Shown here: one piece after another, positions 1 through 8,000 of the stretch | Layout of the letters: each line of letters begins with the position of its first letter | Numbering within the stretch: position 1 is the stretch's first letter | Virus genome (UHGV): UHGV-1581764 | Strand: one strand, 5' to 3' | From: a virus | Length of the DNA: 11,653 nt | Made by a program: the position numbers and the translations under genes | Notes under the pieces: generated by a model | The model's database searches: none | What the model was told of the DNA's origin: nothing | What the model saw: only the letters and a program-made list of their open reading frames with translations

Positions 1-228
1 ACGGCTGGGACGGAAGTCGCTGTCGTTCTCAAAATCGGTGGAGCTGCATGACAAAGTCATCGGGCATTATCTGAACATAAAACACTATCAATAAGTTGGA
101 GTCATTACCCATCAAGAAAACTCAAATTATGGGATGCGCTAGAGTTCCTCAAGGAATACTCACCGGAAAGAATAATATTCTATAACCTACGAAGGTTATT
201 TGTTACTTTCTGCGTAAACCTACAACTA

Positions 229-250
229 ACCTTCCTAAGTTAAGGAAGGT
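229..250 (-). terminator. Candidate intrinsic terminator hairpin downstream of the AT-rich cargo gene
   Basis: Perfect 8-bp stem ACCTTCCT/AGGAAGGT (229..236 and 243..250) with 6-nt loop. On the minus-strand transcript it lies about 33 nt past the cargo gene stop and is followed by a moderately U-rich stretch (UAGUUGUAGGUUU). The U tract is interrupted by G, so this is a weak call. Confidence 0.3.
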
Positions 251-282
251 ATTTATCATGAAGTGTAGACATAAGCGTATTA

Positions 283-1323
283 TTACATGGGCTTAACCAC
301 AACCTTTCCGTATATATCAAGTTTTGAATGTAATACGTTGACGTGAGACAATTCTTTATTCGAACTAACTTTATCTAAAATTATATTTTTATCTTTTTCA
401 GTCATGTTATACCCTAAGGTAATTTGCTTGAATGCAGAAAAAGGAATTTTCTTTAAGTTAATTTCATGATAGTCATGAAAAACATCAGGATACTCATTTA
501 ATAGGCAATCATCAATCGATGGAGAGACAATACTTCCTATCTTTCTCTCGCAATCAGCTAAAGGAAAAATAATTCTACTTTCATTTTCAGGAAGCCACTC
601 TTCACCTTTTGTATAAAGGAGCCTATTAATAAAAAGCTCGCGAACTGAATCTCGATTTAAGATCCCATGCAATGTATTATCTTTATTCTTTATATCTATA
701 TTCCTCGATGGCGCAGGATAGCCATTAAATCGCACAGCGCCTTTATAATAGGTTACAGATGCTCTATCTTCTGGATTATAACTAACATCACACGGCCTAT
801 ATATTTTGAAAAAATCGTGTGTTTCATCGAAAACTACAGCAAACCCCTTTCCTATCGATGCATAATGAGTCCACATGTGTAGATTGCAATCACTTTTTGA
901 TAGAGAGAATACACCAAGATGACAGCTTACGGCTTCTACTAAATAATCGTTAAGGTACGTTACTATTTCTTGGGGTTTAGATTCATCATATGAATCCATT
1001 GAGGTAAAACCTTCATTGATTAACAAGTGTGGAAAATCCTCTCCGTATCGTTTCCCGCAAGGTTTTAAATAATACTCTAACTCTTGTATAGATGGGACAT
1101 AAGATGGATCTCGTTGCATTTTCTTAAATTCATTTCTAGCCCATGCGTAATCGGCTGGTGAAAATTTATTAAAAAATGGAAGAAGTCGCGACTCACTCGA
1201 CGGATCATTAAGATACTTTGGTTGCGTTGCTCTAAAGAAACCATCCTCCAGACAAGATGTTCTAATGTGCATGCCCGGCCAAGGTTTTTCCATATAACTC
1301 TCGCCTATATATTTAACTAACAC
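283..1323 (-). CDS. Hypothetical protein with DUF2971-like core signature; AT-rich accessory cargo gene (candidate defence/exclusion protein)
   Basis: Longest ORF in the island, 346 codons as given. The start at 1323 is GTG with AGGA about 10 nt upstream; the first in-frame ATG is at 1293, preceded by purine-rich GGCGAGAG, so the start is uncertain. Stop TAA at 283..285. Hand counts of G+C: 15/60 (361..420) and 23/60 (901..960) inside this gene versus 30/60 (2101..2160) in darB. The segment HLGVFSLSKSDCNLHMWTHYASIGKGFAVVFD resembles, from memory, the conserved core of Pfam DUF2971; not verified by search. Confidence 0.7.
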   Translation of the reverse strand: MLVKYIGESYMEKPWPGMHIRTSCLEDGFFRATQPKYLNDPSSESRLLPFFNKFSPADYAWARNEFKKMQRDPSYVPSIQELEYYLKPCGKRYGEDFPHLLINEGFTSMDSYDESKPQEIVTYLNDYLVEAVSCHLGVFSLSKSDCNLHMWTHYASIGKGFAVVFDETHDFFKIYRPCDVSYNPEDRASVTYYKGAVRFNGYPAPSRNIDIKNKDNTLHGILNRDSVRELFINRLLYTKGEEWLPENESRIIFPLADCERKIGSIVSPSIDDCLLNEYPDVFHDYHEINLKKIPFSAFKQITLGYNMTEKDKNIILDKVSSNKELSHVNVLHSKLDIYGKVVVKPM

Positions 1324-1344
1324 TGTATATCGATCCTGTTGTTT

Positions 1345-1365
1345 AAGCCCATATCATATGGGCTT
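1345..1365. promoter_or_regulatory. 21-bp palindrome at the backbone/cargo junction; possible operator overlapping a -10-like hexamer for the cargo gene
   Basis: AAGCCCATAT-C-ATATGGGCTT has perfect 10-bp arms around one central base (checked base by base). It lies 10 nt after the lxc-like stop and about 20 nt before the cargo gene start. On the minus strand the centre reads TATGAT, a 5/6 match to the -10 consensus TATAAT. No U tract follows on either strand, so it is not a canonical terminator. Confidence 0.3.
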
Positions 1366-1375
1366 TAAATGATTA

Positions 1376-1624
1376 TTAATCAGCGTTCAGAAGCAATGCG
1401 TTATCTATGATGATCTGCTCCCATTCTTCGAATGCCCGGTCGCGGACGCCCTGGGGAACACTGTTAGTTTTGAAATCGACGACCGTCCGCCATTTTCCGT
1501 CAGGACGGTACATGCGCAGAGCTTTACTTCCCCCTTCCCTGCGCACCTCAACGTTATGCTTATCAGCAAACTCTTGCAATGCTCGTAGCGTCCCATGCTT
1601 TACTGTGTAGTATCGCTTCTTCAA
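1376..1624 (-). CDS. lxc: Lxc/Bof-like small basic protein (modulator of C1 repressor), TTG-initiated
   Basis: 82-codon ORF. The start is TTG at 1624..1622 with an SD-like GGAGAG 5 nt upstream, and it overlaps the stop of the preceding ORF (TTGA). Stop TAA at 1378..1376. Its position, two genes downstream of darB on the same strand, matches the P1 order darB-ulx-lxc as I recall it. I also recall that P1 bof/lxc is 82 codons with a TTG start; both are recollections, not sequence comparisons. Confidence 0.6.
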   Translation of the reverse strand: MKKRYYTVKHGTLRALQEFADKHNVEVRREGGSKALRMYRPDGKWRTVVDFKTNSVPQGVRDRAFEEWEQIIIDNALLLNAD

Positions 1625-2061
1625 GTTTTCTCTCCAGCCTGTGCCAAGGCTTCAACTTCCAAATCGTAAGACTCAAACTCATAGTCCTGGTCGTCAACCT
1701 CTTCAGGCACTGGCAGTAAATGCCAGGCTGAGTATATCTGACCATTATCAAAACGCTCCTGGCTGTAGAGCGTCGCGGCTATGAGTGTTAGCGCCGGGCG
1801 GTCATAACGGTAAATTTTGCGAACGTCACGATCAACGAGACGACCGAAATTACCATAACCGCGCTCCAGTAATAATTTTTTAATTTCCGGCCAGTATGGC
1901 CCATAGCTGCGGTACAGGCGGGGATTTTTAAGTAATCGCCCGCGTAGCCCTGACAGGAAGAAATCAACGTATTCGTCTTCTGTCTTTCCTAACAACGCCG
2001 TACGGAGTACCGCCTCAAGATATGTTTTATTCGGTTTTATTGTATCAGATAGTGTGGCCAT
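1621..2061 (-). CDS. Hypothetical 146-aa protein, Ulx-like by position (between darB and lxc)
   Basis: ATG at 2061..2059, 33 nt after the darB stop. Stop TGA at 1623..1621, overlapping the TTG start of the next gene. Acidic C-terminus (EEVDDQDYEFESYDLE). No recognisable catalytic motif. Backbone-like G+C. The assignment rests on gene order only. Confidence 0.6.
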   Translation of the reverse strand: MATLSDTIKPNKTYLEAVLRTALLGKTEDEYVDFFLSGLRGRLLKNPRLYRSYGPYWPEIKKLLLERGYGNFGRLVDRDVRKIYRYDRPALTLIAATLYSQERFDNGQIYSAWHLLPVPEEVDDQDYEFESYDLEVEALAQAGEKT

Positions 2062-2070
2062 ATTATGCGA

Positions 2071-2088
2071 CGCCCGGCAAACCGGGCG
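2071..2088 (-). promoter_or_regulatory. GC-rich stem-loop between darB stop and the 146-aa ORF start (possible attenuator or mRNA processing/stability element)
   Basis: CGCCCGG (2071..2077), loop CAAA, CCGGGCG (2082..2088): a perfect 7-bp all-GC stem. It sits inside the 33-nt intergenic gap directly after the darB stop TAA (2097..2095). On the minus-strand RNA it is followed by UCGCAUAAUAUG, which is not a strong U tract. Confidence 0.3.
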
Positions 2089-2094
2089 CTCCTG

Positions 2095-5000
2095 TTATGC
2101 GTATTGTTGGATGACGGCCAGAACGTCCGCCACGTTGTGTTTTGTCTCGATAATCCACCAGTTACCCGGGAAATCGCTGTTCTTCGCCTTCGCTGGCAGC
2201 CAGCGAGCGCCGAATTTCGCCTTGATTGCGTCTTTCGCACGGAAAAGAATGCCTTTCATGCCGGACGCCTCCTGAAGCCCAAATACCTCGCCAGCGGCGA
2301 ATTTTGGTGCGTACATCATCTTCAGGTCGGCGGTGGATACGCGATAATTCAGACCAAGAGACTGAGTTATGCTGGTGGCATCACCCTGTATTGATGATAA
2401 CTCTTCTTGTTTCTCGTTTCTGGCGGCAATTTCTTCCTCCGTGATGTTGCCAAGGGCCAGGTTTATCCGATCAGCGTCTGCCTGTTTCTCTTCATCGGTG
2501 CGCCCGGCAAGTACCGTGTTAATTCTGTGCAATATCTCCACATGATTCTTGCGCATGCTGAGCAACGCTGGCGTAACCTCGTTAAGGTCCACCAGCCCAA
2601 GGATGGCAAGGTCAGTAAACATTGATACCAGGTTGTAGGTCATGCGATAGCTGAGTTGCCCATAGGCTGATGGCAACTGCACCGCATCCATTTGATAGGC
2701 ATCCATAAATTTAGAGCCGTCGTTTACGACATCCGCAATTGCCGGTGTGATTTTCCCTGTGGTGGCGGCCTCCCTGATTGCTGTTACCCACGATTGAGTC
2801 AGCGCGGCGACTGCATGATTCAGATTGGCTTTCCGTTCTGCTGCAATACGCGCGCTTGCAGCGTCCATTGCCTGCTTGATCTCGTCTTTATTGCTGTAAA
2901 TGCCAATGGTGCCAAACTGTGCTGTGGTGATCTCATAATCTGACGCCCGGAACTCATGGGTACCGAAAATGGCATTGGTGACCTCAAGTTCAGAATCCCC
3001 GTTACGAGTAGCCCCCTGGCTTGTTTTCTCCGGCATTCTGGCGATCGCATCCGCTATTTTCTCCTGAATTGCTTCAGGGGATAGCGTATCTCCGTATGAC
3101 GCGATTACATCGCCATAATTGGAGCCAAACAGTTCAGTCAGGAATACTTCTGCCAAACGGACCTGGCGGTTATTCCCTTCCGACATCATACCAAGCACCC
3201 ATTTTGCAATTGACGACTTCAGCGCGCCGTCACGGCGATCCGGGTAAACCGCATGCTTCAGTGGGTCCGTATAGGTACCAACAAAATCAATGCTATAGCC
3301 TGACTCTGTAGTCTGAACGCCGTATGAGTCAGTGATTTTGATCATGCCGCGCTGCTGGAAACGGTAGAAATCGTCACAGGAAATGATGTCGTTAATCCCG
3401 GCGATGGAGACGCCACCACTGATTTTCTGCATAACAGCATCTTCATCGGGAGTTACATCCACCTGTTTATCCAGCGTCTTCACATCCCAGTTACCCGATT
3501 TGGTGCCTTTGAAGGTAAAGATGATCTCCACGTCTGCGCGCTGGCTGTCGAAGTCCAGCGACTTAATGCGAACGATATCACCGGCACAATCGTAGTATTG
3601 GCCTACACGCCATGAGCGATCGCCGATAACAAGGAACTCATTCGCATGGTTAACCAGATCAGGATCAACATCCAGAATGCCTTTATTTATTGCATCCTCC
3701 ACCAGCGGGCGCAGGCGTTTGATATCCGTCGCGGCCTTCTGAGTACGGTTCAATAATTTCTCATAGCGGGAGATGGCCTGAGAGATATTAGCCTTGCGCT
3801 GAATGGCGCTTTTCAACGACGCGCGATACTGTGCTAACAACGTACGGTCTGTGTGATGGACGCTACCCCAGCGGGCCTTCCAGTCTGCGTTATCAGCTGC
3901 TTTGGCCATTGCCGCCTGTTTGAATTTAGCTACCTCGGCGGTGGTCTTTTCAAGTTCCGCTTTGCTTCGCTCTAATTCAGCGGTAAGTACCTCCACATCC
4001 TCGCCAGCTGCGTGCTGCGCCTTGATGTAATTCTGAAGGTCGATAGTAGCCTGTTCTTTCTGGCGAGCGCGTTTCGCAGCTTTCGCCTTATCCATTTGAA
4101 CCTGCATCATTGCCAGACGTTCGCCGTCATCCTTCGCGGTATACATCTGCATTTCGATCATGTCATTGGCGTCGGCGTTCTCCATTTCCGACTTATCTGA
4201 ACGGAGGATATCGGAGATCCAGCCTGCTTTACGCTTCAGCGTCTTCAATCGGTATTCATCGAAAGACCCCTTGCCGCAGTAGTAGTGAACGCGAACGCTT
4301 GCACGGTTGGAGCCAACTCGAGCACCGCGACCGTTACGTTGTGCGATGCTGGCTGGAGTCCACGGCAACGTCAGGTGGTGGATATCCGTCGTTCCTCGAT
4401 GCAGGTTGATACCCACCTCTGCCTTTTTGTTGCAGATGATGATCGGAGTCCGGCCCTCCTGGAAGTCGGCTGCAATCTTTTCCAGACCGCCCAACGACAT
4501 TTCATTTTGCTGCGCGATATAGGCGTCATACAGAGCCATTTGCTCGTTGTATTTCGCTATCTGTGCATCTGTTGGTTCATCCGGTAGCTCTTTCGGCGGT
4601 TTAACCGCTTTCAGTTTCTTACCGGTTTTACCTGCCTCGGCAACCGTCTGAGCATTCAGGATCCCCACCTTTGAAGGTTCAAGGTTAAGAGCATTGCAGA
4701 TAATGCGCTTGAGCTTCTGGTGCTGCGTTTTTTCATCGGTGAAGATGATTTGCTTACCTTCCGGGAAAAACTCCTTCAGCGTGGCAATCAGCTTCGCGTA
4801 TTTGGGCGTAACGGGGTGAGTTACGGTCTGTTCGTCAATGCCAAACCTGGCCAGGCGCTTATTCACTTCCTGCTCGAACGCTTCCGGAACCTGTAACTGA
4901 ATAAACTCGCCCTTATCTATCAGGGAGTATTGCGATTGCTGCGTGATTGAATCATCACTGTCGTCGTCTTCGCTGGTGGCTTGTTTAGGCAAACTGTCCG

Positions 5001-8000
5001 CCAGCTGCTGCACCGCATCGGCGTACTCCGGCAGGAAACGATAGGTGATCCGGCGATAGTACAGGTCCATGTCAGTACATACGCGGTCCATATCCCTGAT
5101 TATTGAGAAGATCGGACGGGCTTTCTCGTGCTCAATCACGCCGTCTTCATTGACCGAGGTCGTTACGCCATTGTTGGCTTTGGCTGCCGCTTCCGCCTGC
5201 TGACGCAATTCTTCATACGCCGCCAGTTGTTCTTCAGTAAGTGGTGCATCCTGCTGGTGTTCGTCCAGCTCCGGGATCTCCACGGTATCCTTAACGTCTT
5301 CCGCCGTTTTAAGCGTTACCCAGCGATGGAATATACCGCGCAGCGCATCAAGGTTTTCAAAGCCCACCAGCGCCATTTTTTCTTCAACTTCACCGCTGAT
5401 TTTCTGTACCGTTTCCAGCCTGGTCTTACCGAAGAATTTAACGAAGTCATCAGGACCGTAGATCCCCATCTTCTGCCAGTATTCCTTCGGCAGAACATGA
5501 GAAAGCATGTTGTATGCATCGATCGGGGTGTTAACGACTGGCGTTGCAGTCAGGAGAACCGGCCCGCGCCCGCCATTCTTTTTCATCAGGTACGCGTTTT
5601 TAATTGCCATATCTCGCGCCGATTGCGCCACCGCGCTGGTGGGCAGATAGGCCAGCTGTGACGCTTCGCGACCATTTTTATAGCTATTGCGGTAGTTGTG
5701 GCCTTCGTCGGCGATCACGCTGTCGAAGCCCATATCCTCAAAGTACGGATACTTCTCTGCTTTTTCGGTGCCAGTATCTGAATACTCCGACAATACCCGG
5801 CGACGCGCGGCCTCTTTGCGGTGGGAGTCGGAGTCAATTGCGCTGGCTACGCGCCCGGCAGCAACGAAGTCATAAAGCATATCCTGTGCATGCTCATCTA
5901 CGGTGTCATCACGTAGCGGAATGCGGGCGTATTGTTCTTTGGTAAACACGACTGCACGGTAATTTGAGTGCGGGATCGCATTCATCCGCGCCGTGATAGT
6001 GGCTTCATCTGCCAGCTTAAGAGCATCGCGCATAACTGGAGTGCCATCAGTACCAAGAACAGGTTTACCGTTCTCATCGAGCACCGGCACCTGGCGAATC
6101 TGATCGCCATCCATCAGCACATCAAGACCGACGAACAGGTAGTTACTGAATGCCTCTTCACTCAGGAATTCTTTTGCTTCGTAATACCAGTTTTCCAGCA
6201 CTGATTTAGGCACTACATACGCAGTACGGGTGGAGCGACCGTTCTCATAGTTGAACGCCTCAAGTGCCAGCGCGGTCGTGGTTTTACCCAGCCCGGTGCC
6301 GAAGCCCAGGATGCCACGCCCATCTTCGGACAGTCGGCGCACCTCGCTATTCTGGTAATCAAATGGCTGGCGCTTACCGCTTAATCCCTTCAACCCAAGC
6401 GGATCGCCAGAGTGTTCATACGGGATATTGCTATTGAACACATCGTTGTATTTGGCAACCAGCTCATCGTAGCGATCGTGCGTCTTGATCCACTTATTGA
6501 ACTGGTCCTCAAGCAGTGCCATCTGCTCGCGGTAGCCGTTCGCCGTCGCGCTATCTTTGCCACCGATACGCGCACCATTGAGATACTTTTCCAGCTGTGC
6601 CGGGAACCCGGTCGCGTTTTCTCCTGATTTACGGTCCCACTCGTAGCGGATCTCGCCTGTTTCTTTATCCTTGCGCTGGACGACACCGTATCGGTGCCCG
6701 ACGAACAGGCCATCACCACCGTGATAGGTGTCAGAAACCATTTCGTCGCCTTCCAGCTGCACTGACTGCACATAGCGCAGATCCGGATAGCCGTTTTCCT
6801 GCAAAAATTCCAGAATGACGGAACGGTCGAACCAACGGCTATTGAGCTTAAACCGGATATTCTCTGCTGGCGTCTTGATGCGCTTCTCTTCGATCGCTGC
6901 CAGCTGATTAAGGACGTTGTTCTTTACTGGACCGTCGGGGAGCGTGGCGAGGAACTCCTGTTTTGGAGCCACTATCTCGTTAATGTCGCCGCTGGTGGCG
7001 CGGGCAAACGGAACAATCCCGCCATACGGTGAAACCGCAATGCCAGGGGTGCTGGCCAATAAATTAAGCAACTCGTCATCACTGGCTGGCAGTTCGCCGG
7101 TAAACGCAAGGCGGAAATCATCGAGCTGGATTGGATCGCGAGTGAGATCACTGTAGAGATAACGCAGGGTATCCTGATAGCTGGTGGAGTCATAACTGGC
7201 GCTGGAATCATGCGTAACCAGTTTTCCTGTCAGCTCGTCAGAAATAGTGCCATCCAGCTTAATTGCACCACGGAAAGCAAACCAGGCGCGCGCACCGCTC
7301 CCCGATAATTTCGCTATCGGACCGCGACCGGGGTTACCAAAACGGTCAATCTCTGCCTGCAAACGGGATACCAGAGAAAGGCGCTGCTGTTCGATTTGTT
7401 CAGCACTATGCCCGGCGGCCTTCATATCCTGATATTCAATTAACATCCGGCCAATCATCGCCCCACGATACAAGCGTTCACGGTATTTTTCAGGCTGGCT
7501 GTTAATCCAGTCCACCAGCTGCACCATATCGTCGCTGATTGATGTGGTGTACTTATCGCGGACATTTGCCATCTGGGTAAATGTCATACCGAGACGGCCT
7601 TCTGTTGTAGTCAGGTTACGCTGAAGAGCCTCCCAGCTATCCGCGCCATAACTGGCAACCTCAATCTTCAGCTCCTTCCCGGCATCAGCTTCAATCCAGC
7701 GACCACCAGCATATTTTTGCCATACGCCATTAATCAGGCGCATTTCCCCTTCATCAACAACATCTGCGGTCGGTGACGGTTCAGTCATATCGAGCAAAGA
7801 CCAGTCGATACGACTTTCGAAACGATGAATCAGCTTCGCTTTAAGAGCCTGGTTATCAATCTGCCCGTCGGCACGAACCTCAATACGCCCCTGGAAACCC
7901 TTCTCCTGGGTGCCATGAACAAACCGGCGGCCGTCCTTTTCGAACCACTTGCCAGAAATAAACGTTGGCCAAAGCACATTTGCCGATTCAAGAGTGCCTT

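Noticed and set aside
129-185. 18-codon plus-strand ORF (MGCARVPQGILTGKNNIL) in the left non-coding stretch.
   Set aside because: Too short and without a ribosome-binding site to support as a gene from sequence alone.
667-882. 71-aa plus-strand ORF antisense to the cargo gene.
   Set aside because: Ile/Tyr/Phe/Cys-rich translation of AT-rich antisense DNA; fully contained in the 346-aa ORF; no ribosome-binding site.
1345-1365. The 21-bp palindrome as an intrinsic terminator for lxc.
   Set aside because: No U tract follows the stem on either strand; kept as a possible operator or junction element instead.
1405-1751. ORFs overlapping the lxc-like and 146-aa genes (1407..1610 +, 1405..1596 -, 1563..1751 -).
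   Set aside because: Alternative frames of the two coupled genes; Arg/Ser/Cys-rich, no SD, and they would break the tight operon arrangement.
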